A stretch of 28,529 bases of DNA from the NCBI GenBank assembly GCA_038894255.1, contig JAWAPV010000001.1, positions 1-28,529 of the forward strand, read 5' to 3'. Position 1 is the first letter of the stretch, and every line of letters starts with the position of its first letter. Shown in pieces: positions 1-9,394 of this stretch. This DNA comes from Candidatus Bathyarchaeia archaeon. Lineage in GTDB: Archaea; Thermoproteota; Bathyarchaeia; Bathyarchaeales; Bathycorpusculaceae. A model generated the notes under the pieces. That model saw nothing but the letters and a program-made list of their open reading frames with translations. It was not told the DNA's origin and did no database searches. The position numbers were made by a program, and so were the translations under genes.

Positions 1-1595
1 AAGGTGCTGTCTTTTTCGTTTTCACTCACTGCATCATAAAGGCAGTTTTTTTCTTCATTCCAGAAGTTCTCTGTAAAGCTTTTTTTGGCTTTTTCTGCCA
101 TGCGCGCATATTCTTCAGCTTTTCCTGCTTCCTTGAATTTCTTTGCAAGCAACTCCATTATCTTTAAACTGTTAAACCACAATGCTTGAATTTCAACAGC
201 TTTTCCGCTTCTTGGAGTAACTGGTTTGTCATCTACAACTGTGTCCATCCACGTTAGTTGTGGTCCATGGGAGAGAAGTCCATCGCTGTCTACATGGATG
301 TTGAAGTCTGTTCCTTTCATGTGGCTATCAACGATGTCTTTTAGTGTATTCCACAAGTGGTCTTGCACAAACTTATAGTCACCTGTGTACTTCAGATATT
401 GGAGTAGTGCATGCAAAAACCATAGGGTTGCATCAACAGAATTGTATATTAGGGTTTCTTGAGCTGAATCTGCTATAATGTTTGGGATCAATCCCGCTTT
501 ATAATGGTTTTTGAAATTGAGAAAGATTTTTCTTGCGTTTTCGAATTTTCCCGTAACTAGCGCAAGTCCCGGCAGTGATATGAAGGCGTCTCTGCCCCAG
601 CTTTCAAACCAATGGTAGCCCGCAATTACCGAGTTGTATTCTGGGTTTTTGGCTTTGACGATAAACATGTCAGTGGCGATGGCAATTAGGCTTAGCCACG
701 GGGAGGCGTTTAATTTGCTGTGTGTTTCGTAAAAGTGCGTGAGGAAGTTTTCGTGTCGCGCCATCTCTTTTTCGTATAAGCCTTCCATGTCATAGATGTT
801 GGCCGGCATCGTGTCGATGGTGTTTTGAGCAGTTTCTTGGTTTTCGTGGGCGGCTGCGGCTACAGCGAAGGCTTCCTTTCTATTTGCTTCTACTGCGACT
901 TCGAAGAATCCTGGTTGGTAAGCATCATCTAAGCAGCTTTCGCCGCGTCTGGCTTCTTCTCGATAGTATATTTTTTCAACCCATTTTCCTTCCTGACAGT
1001 ATTTACCGTCAATAATTCTTAATATCAAGGCGAATTTGGGTTCGCTTAAAGTTATGCGCGTTTCGTTTTTTTCGCTTTGCTGGATTGGTTCAGCTGAGAT
1101 TTTCCATCTGCTCGTGACCGAGTGGAAGTGCCTCCAGTTTACGAGAGGGAAAACCCGCATACGAATGTTTAAATTGTTTTTGTTCTGAACTTTGTAAAGC
1201 GTTACAACCGCGTTTTTTTCGCGCGGCATGAAAACTGTTTTTTCTATCTCCACATTCTGCACCGTGTAAACGTATCTTGGGAAAGGCGAAACTGTCACTT
1301 CTGTTAGAAACTGATGTCCTTTTGGGAAGATGTCGTTTTGGTAGTCGTTTGCTCCAAGCGGATAGATGTTGCTTTTTATTTCCACTTCCTCGTCAAGCTT
1401 TTCGAGGCACACTCTTCGGTCGGCAGGCGGGTGAAAAGCTGCAACCAGCAGTCCATGATATTTTCTGGTATTTATGCCCAGTACGGTGGAAGACGCGTAG
1501 CCGCCGAGACCGTTTGTTATAATCCATTCTCTTCTTATCGAGTCTTCAAAGCAGCAGAGCACTTCTCTACTAAGGTTAATGATGGGTACCTTCAT
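1..1595 (-). CDS. Glycogen debranching enzyme (amylo-alpha-1,6-glucosidase, archaeal type); 3' end lies outside the window
   Basis: Not in the ORF track because there is no stop in the window. Manual minus-strand translation from ATG at 1595, abutting the TAG of the DUF89 gene, is open to base 1: MKVPIINLSRE...EEWIITNGLGGYASSTVLGINTRKYHGLLVAA...IAGYHWFESWGRDAFISLPGL...YNSVDATLWF...HGPQLTWMD...GKAVEIQALWFN. Confidence 0.93.
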   Translation of the reverse strand, partial: MKVPIINLSREVLCCFEDSIRREWIITNGLGGYASSTVLGINTRKYHGLLVAAFHPPADRRVCLEKLDEEVEIKSNIYPLGANDYQNDIFPKGHQFLTEVTVSPFPRYVYTVQNVEIEKTVFMPREKNAVVTLYKVQNKNNLNIRMRVFPLVNWRHFHSVTSRWKISAEPIQQSEKNETRITLSEPKFALILRIIDGKYCQEGKWVEKIYYREEARRGESCLDDAYQPGFFEVAVEANRKEAFAVAAAAHENQETAQNTIDTMPANIYDMEGLYEKEMARHENFLTHFYETHSKLNASPWLSLIAIATDMFIVKAKNPEYNSVIAGYHWFESWGRDAFISLPGLALVTGKFENARKIFLNFKNHYKAGLIPNIIADSAQETLIYNSVDATLWFLHALLQYLKYTGDYKFVQDHLWNTLKDIVDSHMKGTDFNIHVDSDGLLSHGPQLTWMDTVVDDKPVTPRSGKAVEIQALWFNSLKIMELLAKKFKEAGKAEEYARMAEKAKKSFTENFWNEEKNCLYDAVSENEKDST

Positions 1596-2477
1596 CTACC
1601 GCATCAACTTTGCAATGTTCTTCTCCCTTGCCACGCCAAAATAGTTGGCGACAGGGTTACATTTGGTTCTAAGAAGCAGCACGTGAGGCTTCTTTAATTT
1701 GTGTTCTGTCAAAGTCTCCGCGTAACCCATGCCCTTAGCAAAAACCAAATCTGCAGACTCGTATGCGTTCATGAATTCGGCTGAAACCTCTTTGGCGGCA
1801 AGCCCAACCGCGTCAGTTCCCGTGGTCACCACTCTGTCTGCAATTTTGCTTATTCCCGAAGCCTCCGCATCTTCCATAGTCGCGTCATTTATCACGGGGC
1901 TCCCTTTAACGGCAACCGTGACTTTTGCGCCTACGTCTTTCAGCTGCTCAACAAGCAACGTGTCAAAAACTATTTCGCCCGCATTGTCTGTTAGGTACAA
2001 AATAGTACGTGCATTTTTTACTAGTTCAAAGATGCTTATGGTGTCATCTATCACCAAATCTTTCTTTGCGTCCCGAAAGCTCTTCTGCAAGCCTTTAAAC
2101 GTGAATTTGTGGCCTGGTATGTCAAACTCCATTATGTTGCCTACTATCGCGCATAAACACGCTTTTTTGAACCGTTCCTGCTGAGTGTAGCCTTCTTCCA
2201 CGATTTTTCTCGCGTAAGGCAGCAGTTTAGCGGCTTTTTCGTTGCTTATGCGCTTATTTCTCTTGTAGGGGTCGCTGTTGCCCGTTACACGCTTTATTAT
2301 TCGGTCTCTCTGCGTGCCCAAGTCAGCCGCCACAGCGGTCGGTCTAAACTCTTTGTGGAGAAAGCGTAAAACCTCTTGAACCGCTCTGAACCGCAGTGCA
2401 GGGTTCATCGTGGCTTCTGCGGCTTCGGCTGAAGCGCGGCTTAGTATGCACGCGGCACATTCGGGCTCTACTTTCAA
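1596..2477 (-). CDS. DUF89 / ARMT1-like damage-control metal-dependent phosphatase
   Basis: N-terminal CxxC (CAAC), AIVGNIMEF, YLTDNAGEIVFD, KGMGYAETL and LRTKC motifs; 293 aa. Confidence 0.88.
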   Translation of the reverse strand: MKVEPECAACILSRASAEAAEATMNPALRFRAVQEVLRFLHKEFRPTAVAADLGTQRDRIIKRVTGNSDPYKRNKRISNEKAAKLLPYARKIVEEGYTQQERFKKACLCAIVGNIMEFDIPGHKFTFKGLQKSFRDAKKDLVIDDTISIFELVKNARTILYLTDNAGEIVFDTLLVEQLKDVGAKVTVAVKGSPVINDATMEDAEASGISKIADRVVTTGTDAVGLAAKEVSAEFMNAYESADLVFAKGMGYAETLTEHKLKKPHVLLLRTKCNPVANYFGVAREKNIAKLMR

Positions 2478-2483
2478 GGTTTC

Positions 2484-3173
<690 letters not shown>

Positions 3174-3305
3174 TCAACTTTCACCTGCAACTGAGGATTT
3201 TAGGGGCAACTGCCTATTACTGTTTTGGCATAAAAAGGTTAGTTTTTTGGCTTTAGGGCGTTTGTAAGGCGTTAAAGAAAAAGGATGGTGTTTGGTCGAG
3301 TTTTA

Positions 3306-3896
3306 TTATCTGTGTCGTCTTGTTTCTTTTTTCCGTTCTCTCTGCTTGGCTTGGCCTGGAACAAAAACGGCTGCAGCTATCGTTGTGGTCCAGAGTCCGT
3401 CCTTGTCTCCCGTGGCTGACTGGGTTACGTTTCGGGTTCGGATTATCATGCCGCTGGCCTTAAACAGTTGTTCTTTTTCGCGCCAGGCGCTTTCGGGGTC
3501 GAAGCGTATGCCCATGGTCGTGGCCAGCATAGACGCGGCCAAGTCTTCAGCATAGTCTCCTGCTTTGTCATCTGGCTGTCCGAACGAGTGGTGTTCCGAT
3601 AGGTAGCCGTAGTTATTTTTTCCCGAGGGGATGGCGACGCCTATTGAGGACGCGACTAGCCTGTGTGGCTCGTTGGTGGAGTTTCTGGCTAAGACTAGGT
3701 AGGTTATTTGTCCGGGTTTCAGCATTTCCAGTCCGCGTTCGCGCGTGATGAGTTGGCAGCCTGGTGGAATAATGCTTGAGACGTTGACGAGGTTTAGGTG
3801 CTGGATTTTTGCGTCTCGGAGTGCTAATTCGAAAGACTGCAGTTGTTCCTTGTGTTTTCCGACGCCTTTTGTTAAGAAGAAATATTTTGGAATCAT
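3306..3896 (-). CDS. pdaD: Pyruvoyl-dependent arginine decarboxylase
   Basis: [20 protein letters not shown] (self-cleavage SS site), [17 protein letters not shown]. Confidence 0.92.
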   Translation of the reverse strand: MIPKYFFLTKGVGKHKEQLQSFELALRDAKIQHLNLVNVSSIIPPGCQLITRERGLEMLKPGQITYLVLARNSTNEPHRLVASSIGVAIPSGKNNYGYLSEHHSFGQPDDKAGDYAEDLAASMLATTMGIRFDPESAWREKEQLFKASGMIIRTRNVTQSATGDKDGLWTTTIAAAVFVPGQAKQRERKKETRRHR

Positions 3897-4022
3897 TTTG
3901 CAAATAAAAAGAATAGCTATACTTATTAGTCTTTTGATTTTGTGTTCTTCGGAAAGCTTAATGGCTAACTTGTAGAAGAGAGTAACAGCGTCTTACCTAA
4001 GCCTCTTTGGAGTTTAAGCCCC

Positions 4023-5207
4023 ATGTCAACGTACAGAAGCCTGTTCTTGGATGAGTCGAAGCTGGACATAAGCTATGTCCCGCATAGGCTTCCGCATCGA
4101 GACAAGGAACTGCGGCTTCTCACAGAGTTTTTCAGTTTTTTGCTGCGTTTTCCAGAGAAGATGTCTCAGAGGGTGCTGGTTGTAGGCGATGTTGGCACGG
4201 GCAAAACTGTGCTTGCTCAGCGGTTCGGAGCAGACATAACACATGAAGCAGGCAAGCGCCCGTTGAACGTTCGTTACGTTCACGTTAACTGTCGTGAGTA
4301 TGGCGGAAACTTTTTCCTTTCTCTACAGCACGCAGTGTCTGCGTTTCATCCTAGCTTTCCGAAGCGGGGATACTCGGCTGAAGAGCTTCTTTGGGCGCTG
4401 GTGCAGATGCTTGATGAGGAGGAGGCTCATTTGATTTTGGCTTTAGACGAGTTTGACAGTCTGATTGAGAGAGAAGGCTATGAGGCTGTTTATAAGCTGA
4501 CGCGCGTGCAAGAGGCAAGACAGAACAAACCGCAGAGGCTTTCACTGTTATGCATCATGCGAAGCTTAGCCACGCTGAATAAGCTGGATGCTAGTAGCAG
4601 AAGCACTTTGCAGTCAAACGTGATTAACCTTGAGAAATACTCAAAACAACAGCTTGTAGACATACTAAACGACCGTGTTGAACTGGCTTTTAGACCCGCT
4701 TCGGTGCCTGAAGACACTGTAAGCATGATTGCTGAACTTGCAGTTTCCGAGAATGGCAACGCGCGTTTCGGCATCGAATTATTGTGGCGAGCTGGCAAGT
4801 ACGCGAGCGCCGAAGGATTGGACATGGTCACGCCTGAATGCGTTCGGAAAGCAGTCTCAAGCGTAGCGTCCACAATGCGGAAAAGCGAACTGGCATCTTT
4901 GGGTTTGCATGAAAAACTCTTTTTGCTTGGCATTGCAAGACTTTTCAAGCATGAGGCAAAAGCTTTTTGTTCTCTTTCGGAAGCCGAGCAGGCTTACGCT
5001 GTGGTTTGTGAAGAGTTCGGCGTTAAGCCCGTTAGTCATACTCAGTTGTGGAAGTACTTGAAGCGTTTATCGAGTGCCCAAATTGTTGAAACAAAGGTTT
5101 CTTCTTCAGACACGCGCGGTAGGTCCACGCTGGTTTGTCTACAGCGGGTTTCTGCGTACGAACTAGAAAAGGCGCTTTTAGCTTTGCTTGGGAAGGAGGC
5201 TGGTTAG
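4023..5207 (+). CDS. cdc6: Cdc6/Orc1 replication initiator AAA+ ATPase
   Basis: LDISYVPHRLPHRD, Walker A GDVGTGKT, YVHVNC, Walker B LALDEFD, GNARFGIELL, C-terminal winged helix. Confidence 0.95.
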   Translation: MSTYRSLFLDESKLDISYVPHRLPHRDKELRLLTEFFSFLLRFPEKMSQRVLVVGDVGTGKTVLAQRFGADITHEAGKRPLNVRYVHVNCREYGGNFFLSLQHAVSAFHPSFPKRGYSAEELLWALVQMLDEEEAHLILALDEFDSLIEREGYEAVYKLTRVQEARQNKPQRLSLLCIMRSLATLNKLDASSRSTLQSNVINLEKYSKQQLVDILNDRVELAFRPASVPEDTVSMIAELAVSENGNARFGIELLWRAGKYASAEGLDMVTPECVRKAVSSVASTMRKSELASLGLHEKLFLLGIARLFKHEAKAFCSLSEAEQAYAVVCEEFGVKPVSHTQLWKYLKRLSSAQIVETKVSSSDTRGRSTLVCLQRVSAYELEKALLALLGKEAG

Positions 5208-5211
5208 CTGA

Positions 5212-5478
5212 GTGAAGATTGAAGAGGTTTTTTCCTCCAAGTTACGGATGAAGATTTTGAGGATGCTTGCGGAGGTTGGAGAGCTTAACGTTTCCGAAAT
5301 CACTCGGAGGCTTGGAGCCAACTACGAGACCACGAGCAGCCATCTGAAGGTGCTGGAGGAAGAGCAGCTTGTCAAGCAAAAGACGTTTGGGAGAATTAGG
5401 CTTTACAGATTAAATGAGCAATCGCCCCGAACGCGGGCGCTTAAAATTCTCTTGGAGTCTTGGGAAAAAGAATGTTAG
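5212..5478 (+). CDS. Small ArsR-like winged-helix protein
   Basis: EVFSSKLRMKIL..L...GELNVSEITRRLGANYETTSSHLKVLEEEQLV...FGRIRLYRL; GTG start 4 bp after the cdc6 stop. Confidence 0.85.
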   Translation: MKIEEVFSSKLRMKILRMLAEVGELNVSEITRRLGANYETTSSHLKVLEEEQLVKQKTFGRIRLYRLNEQSPRTRALKILLESWEKEC

Positions 5479-5535
5479 GAAACGCAACAGAAAAGAGGCA
5501 GTTACGCCTTAAGCAAGGCTTGCATGGTGATTGCT

Positions 5536-5976
5536 ATGGCGATGGTTGACATCTCTGAAAAGCGCGTAGTTTTTCGAGAAGCAACTGCAAAAGGGACAAT
5601 CAGGCTAAAAGCCGAGACGATACGTTTGATAAAAGAAGGAAAAATCGCCAAAGGCGACCCTCTTTACACCGCAAAGATTGCAGCGGTTCACGGAGCAAAA
5701 GAGACAAGCAGCTTAATTCCACTCTGTCACCCTCTGCCGCTGACAAACGTTGAAGTTGAAACGCGAATTTTAGATGACTCTGCAGTTGAAGTCACCGCCA
5801 CAATCAAAACAAAAGCTCAGACAGGAGTCGAAATGGAAGCGCTGACCGCCGTCTCCACCGCACTTTTAACGATTTGGGACATGACTAAACAATATGAAAA
5901 AGACAAGCAGGGACAGTACCCGACCACATCCATCCAGAACATCCATGTGGTTCAGAAAATCAAGAGGGACGCATGA
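5536..5976 (+). CDS. moaC: Cyclic pyranopterin monophosphate synthase
   Basis: MVDISEK..VFREATA, LIPLCHPLPL, TGVEMEALTA, WDMTK. GGTGA at 5526-5530 favours ATG 5536 or 5542 over 5524. Confidence 0.95.
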   Translation: MAMVDISEKRVVFREATAKGTIRLKAETIRLIKEGKIAKGDPLYTAKIAAVHGAKETSSLIPLCHPLPLTNVEVETRILDDSAVEVTATIKTKAQTGVEMEALTAVSTALLTIWDMTKQYEKDKQGQYPTTSIQNIHVVQKIKRDA

Positions 5977-6509
5977 AAATGAGCAGAAGCACAAAGAAGC
6001 ACAAGGCTGAGGCCCCTGAAAAACTGAGTTTTGCCGTTTACACCGTTAGCACTTCACGTTTTGAACAGCAAAAAAACAATGAAGCTGTGGAAGACCTTTC
6101 AGGAGACCAGATTGAGAAAATGCTTAAAGCGGCAGGGTACACGGTCACCGTTCGCAGGCTAATTTCTGACAGCAAAGGCATGATAGAAGAGGCCATGCAG
6201 GACATGCTGTTTTCGCCTGATGTTGACGCGGTTGTTTTCTGTGGAGGCACAGGCGTTGCCCGACGAGACTTGACCATCGAGACGGTTACGCCCTTCATGG
6301 AAAAGGTTCTTCCAGGATTTGGCGAAATTTTCAGACGCTTAAGCTATGATGAAATTGGCTCTGCCGCCGTCCTTTCGCGGGCCATGGCAGGCGTTGCTAA
6401 GGGAAAAGCCTTTTTCTGCGTTCCAGGTTCTCCTGACGCTGTTAGGTTGTGTTTTGAAAAGCTTATATTGCCCGAAGCGGGTCACATCGTTAAGCATGCT
6501 CGGGAATAA
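5973..6509 (+). CDS. moaB: Molybdopterin adenylyltransferase MoaB/Mog family
   Basis: TVSTSR, DLSG, GGTGVARRDLTIE, LPGFGEIFR, LSRAMAG, PGSPDAV; ATGA overlap with moaC. Confidence 0.92.
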   Translation: MKMSRSTKKHKAEAPEKLSFAVYTVSTSRFEQQKNNEAVEDLSGDQIEKMLKAAGYTVTVRRLISDSKGMIEEAMQDMLFSPDVDAVVFCGGTGVARRDLTIETVTPFMEKVLPGFGEIFRRLSYDEIGSAAVLSRAMAGVAKGKAFFCVPGSPDAVRLCFEKLILPEAGHIVKHARE

Positions 6510-6511
6510 CG

Positions 6512-7453
6512 ATGGTTCTTGTTGACGGTTACGGTCGTCCGCTTCTCAACTTGCGCATAGCCTTGACTAGACATTGCAATCTGCGCTGCGAGTATTGCCA
6601 CATGGAGGGAGAAGAGAACGGTGAGGAGTCTTCTGCGACTATGTCGGTTGACGAGGTTGTGCGCATTGCAAGGATTGCGGTGGAACTTGGGGTTTCTAAA
6701 ATCAAATTGACAGGTGGGGAGCCTCTTGTCCGCAAAGACATTCTTGAAATCGTTAAGGGAATCGCGTCAATAGACGGCTTAAGAGACCTTTCGATGACGA
6801 CAAACGGCGTTTTGCTCTGCTCTTTGGCTCAAGGTCTGCGCGCCGCGGGTCTGCAACGCGTGAACATCAGCCTTCCGACGTTGAGCGCGGAGCTTTACAA
6901 CAAGCTTACAGGAGGCAAATTGCAAGACGTGCTTGAAGGAGTTAAGGCCGCGGTGGACGCTGGCTTTTCTCCTGTTAAACTTAACATGCTGGTTTTAAAG
7001 TGCGTTAACGAAGAGGATTTTGGCGAGATGATTAGTTTTGCGCGTGAAGCCGGCGCGGTTCTGCAGTTGATTGAGCTTGAGCCTGTTAACGTCTCATGGC
7101 CGTATTATATTGCGAACCATAAGGCATTGGATGGTTATGAGGTTCTGCTGAGCCAGAAAGCCTTGAAAGTTGAAACTAGGCGTTTCATGCAGAACAGGCG
7201 GGTTTACTACTTGCCCAGCGTGCAGGTTGAGGTTATACGGCCTTCAGAGAATGCTGAGTTTTGTGCTGGTTGCACGCGTATGCGGGTGACCAGTGATGGG
7301 AAGCTGAAGACATGCTTGATGAGAAACGATGACCTTGTTGATTTTCTTACGCCTATGCGGAACGGGGCAAGCGACAGAGAACTGGCTAGGCTTTTCGAGG
7401 TTGCCAACGCCAAGAGAAAGCCGTACAATAGCAGCAAGTGCGTTGAAATATGA
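6512..7453 (+). CDS. moaA: GTP 3',8-cyclase (radical SAM)
   Basis: DGYGRP..NLRI, CNLRCEYC, LTGGEP, MTTNG, C-terminal FCAGCTRMRVTSDGKLKTCL. Confidence 0.96.
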   Translation: MVLVDGYGRPLLNLRIALTRHCNLRCEYCHMEGEENGEESSATMSVDEVVRIARIAVELGVSKIKLTGGEPLVRKDILEIVKGIASIDGLRDLSMTTNGVLLCSLAQGLRAAGLQRVNISLPTLSAELYNKLTGGKLQDVLEGVKAAVDAGFSPVKLNMLVLKCVNEEDFGEMISFAREAGAVLQLIELEPVNVSWPYYIANHKALDGYEVLLSQKALKVETRRFMQNRRVYYLPSVQVEVIRPSENAEFCAGCTRMRVTSDGKLKTCLMRNDDLVDFLTPMRNGASDRELARLFEVANAKRKPYNSSKCVEI

Positions 7454-7568
7454 GGCTGCGCCGTTTACGCCAAGGCCGAACGCAGAGTCATATAGGTAGA
7501 ATGCTTGTGCAGACCGCTTTCTTTATGTTTCTTATACGAAGGTAACGAAAGAACTCGAAACTTGTTTT

Positions 7569-7946
7569 TCAGAAGAGTTCTATCCAGTTTCCGTCTGGGT
7601 CTTCGATGTAGGCCCACTTGCCTTCTGGGCTTTCCATTTTCAGTACAGGCGGATGCCCAGCCTTGCTCGCTTCTTTCAAAGCTTCTTCAAGATTTTCAAC
7701 CTTGAAAGCTAAATGGTCGAGTCCTTCACCCGCAACATATTTCGTGTTGTACGGGCTGTTCTTCTCATAATAGTTTAGTTCAAGAACAGATCCGCCTTCT
7801 TCGCCTTGCAAAGCCACGGTCTCGCCCTTGGTTTGCTCGATTCTGCCCCTGTTTATGACTTTCATACCAAGAAGTTTCGTGTAAAACGCAATAGACTTCT
7901 CAAGGTCGGTCACTCTAATCCCAACGTATGTGAATTTTGCTTTCAC
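7569..7946 (-). CDS. VOC / glyoxalase I-like protein
   Basis: YVGIRVTDLEKSIAFY..LLGM, LELNYY, GLDHLAFKV, YIEDPDGNWIEL. The likely start is GTG at 7946 after GGTG; the ORF-track extension to 8051 is non-homologous and runs through the promoter and repeat array. Confidence 0.9.
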   Translation of the reverse strand: MKAKFTYVGIRVTDLEKSIAFYTKLLGMKVINRGRIEQTKGETVALQGEEGGSVLELNYYEKNSPYNTKYVAGEGLDHLAFKVENLEEALKEASKAGHPPVLKMESPEGKWAYIEDPDGNWIELF

Positions 7947-7978
7947 ACTTAAACACCAACCAAACATCAACAACAGCA

Positions 7979-7986
7979 CATATATA
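7979..7986 (-). promoter_or_regulatory. Putative TATA box of the VOC gene
   Basis: TATATATG on the minus strand, ~33 bp upstream of GTG 7946. Confidence 0.55.
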
Positions 7987-8009
7987 CTTACCTCACACGC
8001 AAAAAAACT

Positions 8010-8048
8010 ACTGTACTGACAACTTGTATAGACAAACTGTATCAACAA
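8010..8048. repeat. 3x13-bp tandem pseudo-palindromic array, copy 1
   Basis: + strand ACTGTACTGACAA / CTTGTATAGACAA / ACTGTATCAACAA; matches the reverse complement of 16752-16790. Confidence 0.85.
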
Positions 8049-8078
8049 CAAAAGAGGGGGCCTAAAACCTTCGCACAG

Positions 8079-8576
8079 TCAAAGCTCAACGATGCTGGCT
8101 TCACGCTTAGCAGTGTCCAACACCGCAATCGTCGATTTTCCAGTCAGATAACCGCAAACCTCGCCTGGATTCACAACAAGCGTTTTTCCCTTGCGATAAA
8201 CTTCAGCATTGTGCGAATGCCCGTAGACTACAACGTCAAAGAACCCGCTGTCAACTAAAGCCTCCAAAAGCTCGCTGTTGCTTCCATGCAACAAAACCAT
8301 CCTCAAGCCGTTAACCGTCAAGTTGGCAAACTCGCCTCTGATTTCCAGCTTCGGATTTTCGCTGAACTTTTTCTTTAAAAACTCTCTTTCGCCATCGTTG
8401 TTTCCGAAAACTCCAACAAGCCTTGCCTTCAACTTCATAAACCGCGGAACAACAAAAGGCGCAACATAGTCTCCTGCGTGAAGCACAAGCTCAACGCTCA
8501 AACTGTTAAACTTCTCAACCGCCTTATCAACCATTGGCAAATTATCATGCGTATCTGACATCACACCAACAAGCAC
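8079..8576 (-). CDS. Metallophosphoesterase, YfcE/MJ0936 family
   Basis: SDTHDN, HAGD, GNND, LLHG, YGHSH and NPGE motifs. Likely GTG start at 8576 after GGTGA (the ORF track starts at 8606). Confidence 0.92.
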   Translation of the reverse strand: MLVGVMSDTHDNLPMVDKAVEKFNSLSVELVLHAGDYVAPFVVPRFMKLKARLVGVFGNNDGEREFLKKKFSENPKLEIRGEFANLTVNGLRMVLLHGSNSELLEALVDSGFFDVVVYGHSHNAEVYRKGKTLVVNPGEVCGYLTGKSTIAVLDTAKREASIVEL

Positions 8577-8757
8577 GCCTTTTTCACCAAAACAACCATA
8601 TTCCAACCATAGACAAATAAAACCTTTCCATCATTTTAATGCGAATTTTCCAGCGGATATTTTGTTTCTCGACATATTTGCCTTCGCGAAACACCGCTTA
8701 AAACGCGCCGATGAGGTTTCAATTATAGAAAACACTTCTAAAAGAGGAATATAGAAA

Positions 8758-9102
8758 ATGAATCCACAAAACCCAGCAACCTCGTCAAAGCGAAGAGACA
8801 AACTTTTCATAATCGCTGAAATCCTTGAAATCGCCAAGGAAGGCACCCTCAAAACCCAAGTCATGTACCGAGCCAACCTTAGCTTCGCCCAACTCAACGA
8901 CTACCTTGACTTCATGCTAAAAATAGGACTTCTTGAAAAAACCGAAACAAACGGAAAAGAAGTCTATAGGGCCACTGAAAAAGGACTAAACTTTCTACAA
9001 CGCTACCACGAAATAAATCAGCTTCTCCGAACAAATGAAGGCTTAACAAACGGCAAAAACAACGTGAAAGTGCCTCCTCCACACCTTCTTAAAAAGATTT
9101 AA
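8758..9102 (+). CDS. Winged-helix transcriptional regulator (HTH_45/DUF4364-like)
   Basis: RRDKLFIIAEILE.AKEG.LKTQVMYRANLSFAQLNDYL.FML..GLL...YRATEKG..FL pattern typical of this archaeal family. Confidence 0.85.
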   Translation: MNPQNPATSSKRRDKLFIIAEILEIAKEGTLKTQVMYRANLSFAQLNDYLDFMLKIGLLEKTETNGKEVYRATEKGLNFLQRYHEINQLLRTNEGLTNGKNNVKVPPPHLLKKI

Positions 9103-9176
9103 GCCTCCAACTTGGTTGCAGCCCTGCAGCGAAATCGGGTTTTTTAACAGACAAGCTGCCTAAAAAGTCAGAATTG

Positions 9177-9296
9177 TTATTTCTTGTTTTGGTTGTCCAG
9201 ATATTCTCTTATCTTCTCCTTCAGCGTTGGGAACTCTTCAAGCATGGCTATTATGACCTGTTGGCGGATTTTCTCGTTTTTTTCTTCAACTTTCAT
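9177..9296 (-). CDS. Hypothetical 39-aa small protein
   Basis: MKVEEKNEKIRQQVIIAMLEEFPTLKEKIREYLDNQNKK*, with SD-like GTGAGG (9312-9307) and BRE/TATA-like AAAAGCTTATATTA (9344-9331). Below the ORF-track length cutoff. Confidence 0.65.
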   Translation of the reverse strand: MKVEEKNEKIRQQVIIAMLEEFPTLKEKIREYLDNQNKK

Positions 9297-9330
9297 TAGC
9301 TTAAAACCTCACATATCATATAGCAAGATA

Positions 9331-9344
9331 TAATATAAGCTTTT
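9331..9344 (-). promoter_or_regulatory. BRE + TATA promoter of the 39-aa ORF
   Basis: AAAAGCTTATATTA on the minus strand, ~35 bp upstream of ATG 9296. Confidence 0.6.
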
Positions 9345-9350
9345 ATTTCC

Positions 9351-9390
9351 ACAAAACACAACAACAAAAAAAGGAAAAAGGAAGGAAGCG
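9351..9390 (-). terminator. Oligo-T terminator region of the 450-aa gene
   Basis: Minus strand reads CTTCCTTCCTTTTTCCTTTTTTTGTTGTTGTGTTTTGT a few bases after the stop codon. Confidence 0.55.
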
Positions 9391-9394
9391 AATA

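Noticed and set aside
3897-4022. Replication origin (ORB boxes) upstream of cdc6
   Set aside because: Only weak partial words (GTTCTTCGGAAA, CTCTTTGGAG); no TTCCAnTGGAAA plus G-string, no inverted ORB pair, and the gap is only 126 bp.
7947-8051. N-terminal extension of the VOC ORF in the ORF track
   Set aside because: It translates the repeat array and promoter, is non-homologous, and a better GTG start with an SD exists at 7946.
8647-8660. Mini-ORB-like TTCCAGCGGATA
   Set aside because: A single imperfect copy without a G-string; compatible with chance.
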